Source of the DNA: Octopus vulgaris
Taxonomy: Eukaryota
NCBI GenBank assembly: GCA_951406725.2
Contig: OX597825.1
Location: 19,964,001-20,028,000 of the forward strand
DNA: 64,000 bases
Direction of reading: 5' to 3'
Shown one piece after another: positions 27,730-40,675 of the stretch. Position 1 is the first letter of the stretch, and every line of letters starts with the position of its first letter. A model generated the notes under the pieces. The model worked only from the letters and a program-made list of their open reading frames with translations, had not been told where the DNA came from and did no database searches. Both the position numbers and the translations under genes were made by a program.

Positions 27730-27775
<46 letters not shown>

Positions 27776-27788
27776 ATAGAGTTATACC

Positions 27789-27886
<98 letters not shown>

Positions 27887-27911
27887 CAGATAGATAGATA
27901 GATAGATAGAT
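27789..27911. repeat. (GATA)n microsatellite (others at 33843-33960, 48856-48960, 58741-58820, 59178-59250)
   Basis: Direct inspection. Confidence 0.97.
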
Positions 27912-28365
27912 TACGATATCACTTCGCGGTGGTCTATCTTCGCTTGCATGTTGTCTCTTTCTTGTCGCGCAGCTCTGCTTGCTACAATGTTTGTTTTCAT
28001 GCTATTTCGCTTTTCTTATACGCTTCTTTCTTCCCTGTGTTTCCATGCTGTTGTGAATGCCTGCATCACTTGTCGTTAATTCTCTTCTATACAAATGTTA
28101 TTGTGTCTGCTGTATTGCAAATATTCTGCAACCAATTCTATTTCTTTGTTGCCTAGCAACATCAGAAAAATATGGCAAAATTGATTTGGCTTATGCCTTT
28201 GATCTGGACAGATTTGTACTGCTCTCCAAAAGTTTTTCCTCCCTTAATTTTCATTGATTTCGAAACATTGTGTTGAAAAACTTCAAATGGCTCGACTTTC
28301 TATAGATTTTTATAATTATTTTCAACATTTATATTTTCTTTTATGATTACGTGTGTCTCCATATT

Positions 28366-28461
<96 letters not shown>

Positions 28462-29361
28462 TGTATGTATGTATGTATGCATGTATGATTATATTATGTG
28501 CATTTTATATTTGCGTGTGTTCGTGTAAATGTTTTTGTGTGTTTGTTTCTGTGTTTTCGTGGGGGGGGTATGTGTATTTTTAGATTTATATCAATTTTTT
28601 AATTTTTTTTATTTCGTTTGCTTTTGTTTGTTTTGGTTTTTTGTTTTGTTTTGTCTCTCTTTTGCTGATTTCTTAAATCATGTGATGTTTTCAAAAAAAT
28701 AGATTATGAAGCGTGCATTAGAAAAAAATTATTTATGAAATATTTTTTCAATAGCCTCGTCCTCTAAATTGCTTAAATTCTATCCTTCTCTCTCTATCTC
28801 TCTATCTTTCCCTCTCTGTCTCTTTCATTATTTGTCTCCCCTTTTTTGTTTTTATACCTACAGGCCAAATTGAAGGTTCAGTGTATTCACGTTTTAGGTC
28901 TCAGCCGGCCTTTCATGAATTTTATATGGGAACAACATAATCTCTCATTTGGTTAGTTGTTCGCCTCTGTGACAAGGGGAGAATCATATTGGAAACATAT
29001 TTATTGATAATAATTGTATTTTCATTACAGAGATAATTTCTTTAATATGTATATATGCATTTATTTGATTAAATTTTTCTTTTAGCTAGCGTTTAATCAT
29101 AGAGTCCTTAGCTTTCCCGTATACCTGTTACATCAATCTCCTAATATGTCTTCAGAGAGAATATTTACAAATGTAGGGTATAGTAAGCACAGCATTGCAT
29201 CAAATTACATTATTCCTAAATTTGTTGGAGGAGAAGGTGTATGGGAATTTATACAAATTCCTCCACATATTGTACAATTCAACATTGAAATATACGTTAA
29301 TGAAGCTATGAAATCCTTCATAAAGTGTATAATGCTTATCACAAGAAACTCTAACCATATG

Positions 29362-29435
29362 CGTTGGTTCGCGCAGTTGGTTAGCGCTTCGTGTTAATAA
29401 CGCAAATGTCGTGTGTTCGAGCCCCGTACTCATCG
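29362..29435 (+). pseudogene. tRNA-Ile(AAT) pseudogene
   Basis: Cloverleaf colinear with eukaryotic tRNA-Ile: D arm GCGC-AGTTGGTTA-GCGC, anticodon loop TTAATAA (AAT at 29396-29398), T loop TTCGAGC. Mismatches in the acceptor, anticodon and T stems. Confidence 0.8.
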
Positions 29436-30972
29436 TATAGCTTTTGTTGTGGTGCACCTGAGAAGTATATACAATAATTTCCTTATTATTAATATCTTAC
29501 GAATAATCTAATTATAAGGGTGATATTTTTGATGAAACCATACAGTGTTTTCTGTTATTTAATAGACTCTTGTTGGCACCATTCTCTGCTAATTATTGCC
29601 ACCTTTATTATAATCTAATTGTTGCTGCAGTATTATCTGCTTTTGTTACTGTAGTATCTGTACACTCATAGACATCAACAATTTGCTTTCTAATTTTCTA
29701 TATAATGCCCTTCGTCACACTCTAAACAACGCCGAATTCAATTTTTGTTTTACCTTGAATTCTATTACCTCTCCTTAGTGAGTTTATATCATAGGGTTCT
29801 GTGTCTTTGATTTCACGCTAATTACAATTTGTTAGTGGATTTCTAGCATCAAAAAGTCTATTTACCTTTTGAGTCTACCATCCTTTAAAATCTATCTTCA
29901 AAATACAACCTGTTTTCTCTGCTGCAGTGTTATTGTACACCAAATTACCGTGAGCTTAAAAACATACACGTCATCCTTTAGCGGAAGTGAATAACAACTA
30001 CAATAACAAAATCAACAACACATATAACATAAAGAAAAGAACAACAAAAATAATTGTAATACAAATAATATGAATAAAATTAATGTAAACAAACGTATTA
30101 AGAAACAAGAAGCAAATAAACTCACTTAATTTCCTCATCAACAAATCATCACAGACCGAAACAAAACTTGGTCCGTTATTATCACAATTTTGTTTTTATT
30201 AAGTAGATGATAAAATAGCCATTAAGGAAGAATAGAGAGAAGTATCTATGGGAAGTTATGAGTTATAGGTTGCTGTGCTATCGACAAATCACTGGAAAAA
30301 AACATTCTACAACTAATTTAAAGCAGTCTGAAAAATCAATTGAATATTCCCTGTGTGATCAGAAAGGTCTCAAGCCAATAAAATCAATGAAGTTATGTGT
30401 ATTTCCTATCCTATGTTTGCTTCGATGTTTGTATGTGTATAATTATATATGCGTTAGTATTAGTAGATTGGTGTTGTTGATTACGTTGTTGTCATTAGTA
30501 GCGTCATCGTTAATATATGTGTAATCATATACGTGTTAGTGCAAAAAAATGTGTGGGCTACATTGTTTTTTTTTTTTGTTTTTTTTTCTCTCGATGTGTA
30601 CCTGTCTGTGTTTGTGTGTATGATTAAATTTATGATTGTGTTGTGCGTTTTATGTAGAATACTCCCATCAACAAACGATTATCAAGTCTAATTAAAACAG
30701 AAGTACATTAATGTTTTCGTTTGTGTAGAGACCAAGTGGACATCAAATTGATAACTATCACACTTGACTCAGATATCTCTTACTTAATTTCGGATCTCGT
30801 AATATGTGCATCGGCCATTACGTCTAATCCTTTTGACTTGTATTCCAACTTCACCGACCTCGGTACAAATATTGAGCTAATTACTGAAAATAAATACCTA
30901 AATAAATAATTATATAAATATATGTAAATATATAGACTAATTCCGAATATGGTGTTACTGTATTGACAATAT

Positions 30973-31354
30973 CGTGGCACTCCGTCGGTTACGAAGACGA
31001 GGTTTCCAGTTGATCCGATCAGCGGAACAACCTGCTCGTGAAATTAACTTGCAAGTGGCTGAGCACTCCACAGAGACTTGTACTCTTAACGTGGTTCTCG
31101 GGGAGATTCAGCGTGACGCAGAGTGTGACAATGTTGACTCTTTGAAATTCAAGTACAACAGAAATAGGAAGAAAGTGTGTGAGAAAGTTGTGGTGTAAGA
31201 ATACAGCAGGGTTCACCACCACCCACTGCCGGAGCCTCGTGGAGCTTTAGATGCTTTCGCTCAATAACCACTTACAACGCTTGGTCTGGGAATCGAAACC
31301 GCGATTCTATGACCGCGAATCCACTCCCTAACCATTGTGCCAATACACCCCTAC
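30973..31354 (-). mobile_element. SINE type A, tail variant 3
   Basis: Same head/body (AAAGCTCCACGAGGCTCCGGCAG) with an unrelated ~190-nt tail ending CGTAACCGACGGAGTGCCACG; ATTGACAATAT is duplicated on both flanks. Confidence 0.85.
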
Positions 31355-32384
31355 ATTGACAATATACTGCAAAAAATAAAGTAGAAATTGTATTGTGTGC
31401 TTGATTGCTACACAAAAATACTGTAGCATAATACTGATGAAGTCTTGGAATGGCATACTACCCCACCTTCAGGTCCTTAATAATATTAACAAATTCTTTA
31501 TATGCCAAGACCTTACAAAATAATTTTTTTCCGATGCACAACTCTTTGTCAATGTAATATTGAAGTCCAGACTCTTGTAGGTTTCATTACGTTTACTAGC
31601 AGCTGAGAAGAGTCCATCAATGAACATTTGGATAAAATAGCTATGTACTTCCAAAAACACTTCGTCTCCTCCTCTCCACAATTAAGTTCATAGACATGTG
31701 CATAAAATTCTATATTTAGTCTTACCACTAATATTCACAAGTATCCTTGTATCCAAGGTTTTATTTATTTTATTCAGTAAAGAACCAAACGGATTATAAT
31801 AGCCAAGGCTTCATATACACAAAATAACCAACTTTCAGTATACAGCTAATGCATGACACCTCGTGATTACCGTTACGAAAGATAGAGGTGGACCACCAGC
31901 GTGCGATTGTTGAGTTTGATAGTCTTATATTGATTTCTATATTAAGTGACTTCTTCAATTATAAACATATAAACTACACTTCATGGGTCAAACCTAATAT
32001 TTGAATCTGCAGAGCTGAGATGAGAAGCAAAATAGTATAAATAATTTCCACAAGTAGATTTTGTTGAGCAAATGCTCTCGGTATTTCAAAATATAGGAAT
32101 TTCATGAGGAAATCTATACCATATTTTTTATTCTGTGATGTTAACAAACTTCCTAAAAATCCTAAAACTTAATTCGTTTGCAAATTGTAAAACACCTGAT
32201 AATTTAACATTTAAATAAGTAACAATTGTTAAAATTTAAAACGTTTTGATAATACCGTTACATAATTTAGGATCGTTCTGACTTCTGAAATGTAACAGAC
32301 GAGTCAAAAGGCAGAGAATGACTAAAAAAAATATTTAGGTCGAATAGAGTACGAAAAAGAAAACAAGCATATATATATATATCG

Positions 32385-32695
32385 ACTCGTCTCCGACGGT
32401 CACGAATGGTCATGGGCACACCTAAGAGGTTCCCTTCCGGGGTACAAGTTTGGGCGAAATGTCGCCGCACCAGCAAACGCGCAACCTAGGGCTGGTTTTA
32501 TGGAAGACCAGCGTCTCCTCTCTACGCCACCGATGTTATCCGGGGAAAAGGCAAATACCGATACAGCTTGGCACCTGTGACGTCGCAACTTATTTCTACA
32601 GCTGAGTGAACAGGAACAACGTGAAATAAAGGAGCAACTCACAACCTCTCGATCGCAAACTTGACGCGCTAGCCACTGAGCCATGCGCCTTCACT
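32385..32695 (-). mobile_element. tRNA-derived CORE-type SINE with a further distinct tail
   Basis: GTGAAGGCGCATGGCTCAGTGG head; TTTATTTCACGTTG...CACTCAGCTG shared with type D; B box region deleted. Confidence 0.7.
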
Positions 32696-33622
32696 CACAC
32701 TCACACACACACAATGTCTTGAAATGATATTTTGTGTGATAGCATATGTTTAAAAGTAAGAGGGATTAAATATTTCACTTAATTTAATACATCCATGTCT
32801 GTGTTTGTTTCTGTGTATGTGAATTGAGATTGGTAGACATATGAATATGTTTACTTCTTGTTATTCTTTCTTTTTTAGTCATTCCTAGTGCAGCCCCAAG
32901 CTCAATGTCACGACAATCACCACCTTTGTACTTCATACTGTCTTTCCAGCACGCATATTTTACTTAGCTTTTTAGGAATTAAAACAGTTGAGACTGCTTT
33001 TGTTTGATGCCGTAACGTCCGTTTCTTTCTTTTTTCTTTCCTGTATTAGTGATTAGCACATCCGTACACGTTCTGAATACAATCACAAACACCCCTTATA
33101 AAATATTGTTGTTTATTTTCTTTTTAATTGCCAATACACTGGAAAACTACAGGTCTTAGAAACATAAATTTTTGCACTGGGTATTATACCATATTCTTGC
33201 TGAGGGTCACATCTTCTTTGCTATGCAATAGGGAATATTTCGGGTATTGGTATAGATCTTAATACTGAAGATAACTACTGACTTGTGGAGAGAGGAATCA
33301 TAAAGTTTTCAATTTCTTCCAATAGATCGGTCATTCCAATAAAACTATATTCTTCCTGTCACATTAAAGGATTGCTACAAGGTCCAGATTTAGCTAGGAA
33401 ATGTTTTCCGAACGGAGATCTAACCTCTAGCCCTGAGGAGGACTAAGAAGAAATGTTCTCAGTAAGAACAGTGATGTTTCTAGCTCTCGTATAATGAATG
33501 GTTTCAGCCCAGCCTGAAAATCGCTGCCATCTGGGTAATGTGAGAACGAAAAAAGGGAATTATTATTTCACATAAACCCACACACACAAATACACACATA
33601 CACGAGCACCCATATGTATATA

Positions 33623-33681
<59 letters not shown>

Positions 33682-33786
33682 ATATACATATATATATGTA
33701 TATATATGTATATACATATATATGTATATATATATATGTATATATATGTATATACATATATATATATATATGCATGTATATACACG

Positions 33787-33820
<34 letters not shown>

Positions 33821-33894
33821 TATGTATATACGTTGTGTGAATATAGATAGATAGATGCATAGATAGATAGATAGATAGATAAATATCTAGAGAA

Positions 33895-33961
<67 letters not shown>

Positions 33962-34129
33962 TATCTGTGTGTATGTATGTATGTATGTACATAAAATGTG
34001 AGTATACGTATTCACGCCTCTCGCGTAAAATATATACCATTGGTATTTTACACATTAACTATGTATTTATGTTATATATATGTGTTTTAGATAATTATTT
34101 TATACATTGTATCCAAATATATATGAATT

Positions 34130-34184
<55 letters not shown>

Positions 34185-34712
34185 TATATATATATATTTA
34201 TACGTACGAGAGCAAACTTACATATACAGACACATATAAATACATAAACGCATACATGCATATATGCATACATACACTTGTCTCCGCGTACATCTGTGTT
34301 TGCTCCGATGCATCATGTTTCAAATAATATCAAGCAGATGCATCTCTGTGATGGACAAACACTTGGTTACACTATTTTAAGTGATAGCTTCCATTTGAGT
34401 TGTCAATCAAACTAGATTTCATGTGACAGCGATGCAAAGGCATCTAAAGCGCAGTAACTGTACCAATCTAATTCCACGGTAAATCAATTGACAGTTTCTA
34501 AACATATGTTGTTTTTTTTATTATGGAAGCAACTTTCACATTGATACTAATACGCTGTTAGTCTTCATTTCTTTTCCAATATAATAACACATATATATAA
34601 AATAAAACCCACTTCCACCAACTGTTCTTGGTAGGATGCACTGAGATTGATGACAGACGTGAAGACTTGCATACATACATAATAAAGATACAAACACATA
34701 TATATAAATATG

Positions 34713-34750
<38 letters not shown>

Positions 34751-34753
34751 TAC

Positions 34754-34788
<35 letters not shown>

Positions 34789-34817
34789 TACATATATATA
34801 TATGTATATATATATAT

Positions 34818-34870
<53 letters not shown>

Positions 34871-34887
34871 CACACACATATATATAT

Positions 34888-34950
<63 letters not shown>

Positions 34951-34951
<1 letters not shown>

Positions 34952-35282
34952 CAATAATAAATCTCAGAGCGAGTTATAAACAGTAGCAGCAACACATCGT
35001 GACGTATATTTGCCATTTGAATATGGCTAACCCCTAAGGGTGGATGCTACTGTAGTTTGTAGGCCCAGGAGGACACCTCCTCCAGCTGGCTATAGACACA
35101 CTCTCTGTGCCCTATCAGTATTTGCGAAGGGAAGCCATCCTTCCCGTCGTCAACTTATGATACACACGGACTCGTGTTTCAGAGTATTGACCCGTCATCG
35201 GGGTGTGACAATCATAGTTGTCGACGAGAAGTCGGTTCCCTTCACAAATACATATACTTTTTCCAGTATCGATTGACACTGA
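34951..35282 (-). mobile_element. small non-coding hammerhead-rod element (member 2)
   Basis: Long imperfect hairpin 35118-35251 capped by CACAC-C-CCGATGA-cGGGT..ACTCt-GAAAC-ACGA-GTC-C-GTGTG (35163-35207); downstream structured domain 35011-35112; flanked by TA tracts. Confidence 0.7.
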
Positions 35283-35305
35283 TATATATATATATACATA
35301 TATAT

Positions 35306-35348
<43 letters not shown>

Positions 35349-35395
35349 CATACTTACATATATATATATATACATAAATATATACATACAAACAT

Positions 35396-35478
<83 letters not shown>

Positions 35479-35496
35479 AATAATTATATACATATA

Positions 35497-35880
35497 CTCT
35501 CTGGAGCGATGAAGGTATGCAGTGGTATATGTGTGGAAGATACTTGAGGCTCAGGCACCAAACCTTGAAATTAAGAGTTTTACATAAAATAGGACGTCAC
35601 CGCACTGTTCCAAAAGTCCTGACTGTCTCACCTAAGGTGAAGACAACGTATTCAAATACCATGAGATTCAAGGGATCATTTGTATTTAACTCATGTCCAA
35701 AATATCTGAGGGATCGCCATGGAGTGGGGGTAGATGTTTTACAAGAAACAACTACCCAAGATCCATGATGAACCAATATCAAGACTGGAAACTCAAAGGA
35801 GAGCAGGGTATCGAACACCCTCCTTCACCAAAAGCGAATCCCATAGAATTGGCCAACGGAGAGGTGATTATTCAAAGAAT
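35497..35880 (+). mobile_element. CR1-type LINE 3' remnant
   Basis: NTMRFKGSFVFNSCPKYLRDRHGVGVDV resembles the GP.LFN.LP..LR motif of CR1-group ORF2 ends. Confidence 0.6.
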
Positions 35881-35892
35881 ATATATATATAT

Positions 35893-36529
35893 ATTAAGTC
35901 ATAGGAAAGCATAAAAATTAAATAATTATGTCTTACCCAACTATTTTCCTCTTCAGCGTATGAATCTTCAATTATAAATAATTGCGTCTCAATTATTAAT
36001 AATTGTGTATTAAATTTGAAGACGCTAGAAGACATCACCTCAACTCATGGTATCCGAGCGAGCGTAAGCCATTACCAGTACCACCAAATTCAAAGGGTGA
36101 ATGAAAGTATGTCACCATCCCCCTTACGTCAGCGTGCTGCCAAAATAAGATGCTACGGTTTTTTACTGGGATGAAATATAATTATCAATAATAATATAGG
36201 GTGAAATTAATTAATTTGTTTGGAATAATCATTAATTTCACCAAGTAAATTTCGGTAAAAAACCGTAGCATCTTATTTTGGCAGCACGCTGACGGAAGGG
36301 GGGATGGTGACATACTTTCATTCAGCCTTTGAATTTGGTGGTACTGGTAATGGCTTACGCTCGCTCGGATACCATGAGTTGAGGTGATGTCTTCTAGTGC
36401 CTTCAAATTTAATACACAATTATTAATAATTGAGACGCAATTATTTATAATTGAAGAGTCCTACGCTGAAGTGGAAAATAGTTGGATAAGACATAATTAT
36501 TTAATTTTTATGCTTTCCTATGACTTAAT
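35893..36529. repeat. long inverted repeat, ~274-bp arms (35893-36166, 36255-36529), 88-bp spacer
   Basis: Arms are near-identical reverse complements by direct comparison; part of a PLE-like terminal structure extending to ~36733. Confidence 0.95.
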
Positions 36530-36550
36530 TCCGAAACGTACGTCCGTAGG
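36460..36550 (+). ncRNA. type I hammerhead ribozyme motif with enlarged stem II
   Basis: CCTACG-CTGAAGT-GGAA-[52 nt]-TTCC-GAAAC-GTAC-GTC-CGTAGG; the inverted arm keeps canonical CTGAAGA. Confidence 0.75.
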
Positions 36551-36732
36551 TGACTTTATATAGAATGATTGTCGTCATTTCTTTCTCTTTTGCCTGTGTT
36601 GTTTGCCTTTTAAGTGCTGTGGTTTTACTGGGATCTCTCTTTTAAGTAGAAAGAATAGCCAAAAGTCTTTGACTGCTATTTCTAAACTCGGTGTGTGGTG
36701 AGGCAAATCGTTGCTAAACCCTTAATTACTTA

Positions 36733-36781
<49 letters not shown>

Positions 36782-36798
36782 CATAAATACATACATTC

Positions 36799-36860
<62 letters not shown>

Positions 36861-37617
36861 GCATATACGTATGTACGCATGAGTATACATAAGTCGTATT
36901 GTAGATGTCAATTCATATGTTTTAATACATCCATATTTAAATCAATATATCTATGTACATAAAAACGTATTTATAAATATGTATGTGCTTTTGTGTGAGC
37001 GTATGTGTGTGTGTAGATATATAGATAAATAGATAGACATATAGATAGATAGATGCATACATACATACATACATACATACATACATACGTACATATATAC
37101 ATACATACATACATACATACATACATACATACATAGATAATGTGGATGTATGTACATTTATGTGTATGTATATCTTTAACAGGATTGTAGTTATACTTGA
37201 TGAGTGATTTGGTGACAACGTGAATTGAAGTTCTGACTATAGCGTCATGAGATTGTCTCTTTAGTCATTCGAGAACGGACGAATGATATTTCAATCGCTT
37301 TGTTTTTCTTTTTCTTTATAGAACTGTCTGCCAAAATGTGTCTAAATATATATTCACACATCTGTGACATTGTAAGACATTAACTTTCGTGAATTACTTC
37401 TGTATATCTTCGCATGCATGTGTCCTTAACCAGGTCGTCGAATTTCGATGAAACAGTCAGAAGCCTTATAGTACATATTAATTAACAAATAATAAAAAAA
37501 AAGTGTAATTAATATTCTCAGATGTGTAAAAGTGCCTCAGGTAATAGTGCCACAATATAACTGTTGCTTCTATATGAATATATGTTTGCATATACTCACA
37601 CACACAAACACATTCAT

Positions 37618-37670
<53 letters not shown>

Positions 37671-37709
37671 CATGCATACATATAGATAGATAAATTGATT
37701 GACAGATAT

Positions 37710-37745
<36 letters not shown>

Positions 37746-37927
37746 ATAGAGATAGTGAGAGAGAGTTTGAGAAATAGCTTGCTAGAGAGATAGACACACA
37801 TACACATATAAACACACATGTGTACATATATACATATATATATACACATACACCCACACACACACACACACACACATACACACACACGCACACATATATA
37901 TATATAATGCTCTTAGTATGTAAGTGT

Positions 37928-38289
37928 AGTCGGGCTCCCTTTATAGAGTAAGGTCGCAGTAAATTTGTTTTCAATCACCGTCTGGCAGCCGTCATAGGGG
38001 TGTCCCTTGTCAAAAAATTATCTCTCGCTGCAGACGTCCTCTCGACATCGTCCACACGCGCCTGACTCGGGCTTGGATGTTACAGACCGAGTTTTTTTTT
38101 TCCTTTCCCTTTTTTCCCCTTGCCCCCTTTTTTAAAAAATTTATTCACCCCTTTTTTGTCCTCTTTCTTTCCCTTTACGATCCCTCTTGATCGAAAACCA
38201 AACCCCACTTTTTTTTACCCCCCAAAAGAAAAGCTCTACCTTGTAATTTGTCCTGCCTGTGTGCAGCCCTGTGTGGCTAATAAGGAAAT
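37928..38289 (+). mobile_element. short retroelement with pyrimidine-rich 3' tail
   Basis: The 3' ~150 bp (CCTTTACGATCC...AAGAAAAGCTCTACCTTGTAATTTGT...GCAGCCCTGTGTGGCTAATAA.GAAA) is shared with 58822-59178. Confidence 0.65.
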
Positions 38290-38663
38290 ATATTTATGAT
38301 TGTAAAAATTAAAAGTAATTCAAATTCAATGTTTTCTTGAAACAATAAATTTCTATAGAGATTCCGATTCAAATTCCAATCCATAAAATGTTTTCGTTCT
38401 ACAGCATTCTTAAATGAACGAAAAACTCTCCAGCAACTTGGTCTAATACAAACGCTCCTGGTAGGTGTAAAAACGTAATTGGCATCAGTTGTCAAGCGAA
38501 CAGGCGACAGTCAGATCGCTGATGATTGTTGTGCAGCTCGCTTTCGTTATTTCAATTGTGTTATTCTGTGCGTCTATGTGTAAAGAGCGGTTGTGCTTTG
38601 CATGATGCTCTTCATATTGTCTATTTACCTTTCTGAAAAGTTACCTCAACTCTTTTAAAATAT

Positions 38664-38693
38664 AATAATAATAATAATAATGATATTAATAAT

Positions 38694-38764
<71 letters not shown>
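38664..38764. repeat. (TAA)n microsatellite, Dong target tract
   Basis: Direct inspection. Confidence 0.95.
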
Positions 38765-38767
<3 letters not shown>

Positions 38768-40007
38768 GATAGGAAAACAAGAAAAATACTGACAGGATCT
38801 AGGATGCATCACCCAAAATCTGACATAGAAAGACTATATATACAACGTATAGAAGGTGGTAGAGGCCTTATACAGCTGGAAAACTACTATAAAATAACCA
38901 CCATAGGACTGCAAAAATACCTACTTCAGAAGGAAGGAAAACTGATCCAGATAGCAGAAAAACACGAGCAAAACAAAAAACTGTTCTCAGTATTTAAGGA
39001 AGCTGACAAATACAAACAAGAAATCATACCACCTAATAAACACAAAGAAGAAGAAGAAGATGATGAAGAAACAACAAAAGCTATAAAACAAATGAAATCC
39101 AAACTAAAAATTGAACAGCAACGAGCCATGATAAAACGATGGCAAGAAAAACCCCTTCATGGTAAATACTGCACTAAACTAAACGCAAAAGAAATAGACA
39201 AAGAAAAAATCCCAGCAATGGTTGAGAAGCTCAGGACTCAAAGCAGAAACAGAGGGATTTTTAATTGCAGCACAAGACCAAAGCCTCCCCACCAGAAATT
39301 ACCAAAAACATGTAATGAAAAGAAATATTACAAGTAACTGCAGAATATGTGGAGATGGACAAGAAACAATAAATCATATTATCTCTAGCTGCCTAGTCCT
39401 GGCTAAGAAGGAATATATTCACAGACATGACAGAGTTGGAACCTACATACATTGGAAGCTATGCCAACATTATGGAATAACAACAGAAAAAAGATGGTAT
39501 AGGCACACACCAGAAAAGGTCACAGAAAACGAGAAAGCAACCATACTCTGGGATATGCCGATACACACAGATAGAGAAATTAAGGCCAACAGACCAGATA
39601 TAGTTGTCAGAGATCATGAAGAAAAAAAAATGCTTTCTAATTGATGTATCAATACCGGCAGATGATAACGTGTCTCTAAAAGAAATGGAGAAACTCTCAA
39701 AATACAAAGACCTGGAAATAGAGGTAACTAGAATGTGGAACCTGAAAACAGAAACAATTCCTATCATAGTAGGTGCATTAGGTATGATAAAAAAATATTC
39801 AGACAAATACATAACAAAAACACCAGGACTTACAAACACATATAACATACAGAAAATTGCACTACTAGGCACTGCACACATCCTACGCAGAACACTTTCC
39901 ATACAATAACCATCAGAGCATCACAACAAATCACAGCACATACCCAAGGCACACAGAGCTGCGCTCGGTAGTGAAGTGAAAGCACGCTATAAAAATAAAA
40001 CTACTGA
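38765..40007 (+). mobile_element. 5'-truncated Dong/R4-clade non-LTR retrotransposon (post-RT region, CCHC knuckle, restriction-like endonuclease, 3' UTR)
   Basis: RLYI.R.EGGRGL, ETEGFLIAAQDQ, CRICGDGQETINHIISSC, RHD, ILWD, NRPDIVV, LIDVSIP, KLSKYKDL, IVGALG across three overlapping ORFs (two frameshifts); stop at 39907-39909; TAA repeats on both sides. Confidence 0.95.
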
Positions 40008-40029
40008 ATAATAATAATAACAAACATAA

Positions 40030-40205
40030 TTTTTTTTAATTCACTAGTACAACACTAAATACAAAACCAAATATATGGCACACTAGGCATAACAACATCA
40101 CCAACTTCCAACCTGTTGTCTCTTGAGGTCTCTGGGTGAAACTTGGAGCCAACTTGGAGCCAACTTGTACAAATATAAAGCAAAAGTCAAATATAGAATA
40201 ATAAC
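40030..40205 (+). mobile_element. probable 3' UTR of another TAA-associated retroelement
   Basis: Non-repetitive block bounded by TAA/CAA repeats, ending GAATAATAA like the upstream Dong copy. Confidence 0.35.
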
Positions 40206-40344
40206 AACATCAACAAAAATAATATCAGACAGTGGCTCATGTGCCAACTAACATTTAGTTAAATAATTGTTGAGACTTGGATTAAAGCCTGTTCATTCTA
40301 TTATATTTTTTATACACACACACACCTCACACACACACTCACAG

Positions 40345-40675
40345 AACTTTCCCAGAAAGTTTCGGCTGGTTTACTCTCCAGCCTTCATCAGATGTCTTGG
40401 TACAGTTTTGAACCCAACCCTAAGTTCTCATACCTAAGGTATTTTTCCTGATGCTGTTGTTGTTATTATTGTTGTAGTTGTTGTTGTTGTTATTATTATT
40501 ATTGTTGTTGTAGTTGTTGTTCTTGTTATTATTGTTCATTCATTCATTCAATCATTCAAGGCATTTGGGCTTAGTAGCCCGCGCTTTTAACCATTAGGCT
40601 ATATGCCGAAACGTAGCGGTAAGAACAAACAATATGAGGACACATATCCGTCCAACGTAAATAATGTAAATAAGA
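40345..40675. mobile_element. tRNA-headed, hammerhead-containing element with 5' inversion
   Basis: Minus strand 40608->40359: GGCATATAGCCTAATGGTTAAAAGCGCGGGCTACTAA (tRNA-like), AAC/AAT repeats, then CTGATGA-A-GGCTGG-loop-CCAGCC-GAAAC. The plus strand resumes GCCGAAACGT... at 40606-40675. Confidence 0.6.

Noticed and set aside
32900-33560. Possible PLE RT remnant (minus-strand TRNIPYCIAKK) and CTGAGGA...GAAA motif
   Set aside because: A single short motif with no supporting stems or further homology visible.
35011-35112. HDV-like ribozyme or dicistrovirus IRES interpretation of the conserved domain
   Set aside because: It lacks the G1 start, the GG of P1.1 and the J4/2 arrangement of HDV; similarity to the IGR IRES is limited to a short ATTTAGC-like word.
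37425-37462. GTCG-AATTT-CGAT-GAAAC-A-GTC half-hammerhead
   Set aside because: No CUGANGA 5' core at the required position.
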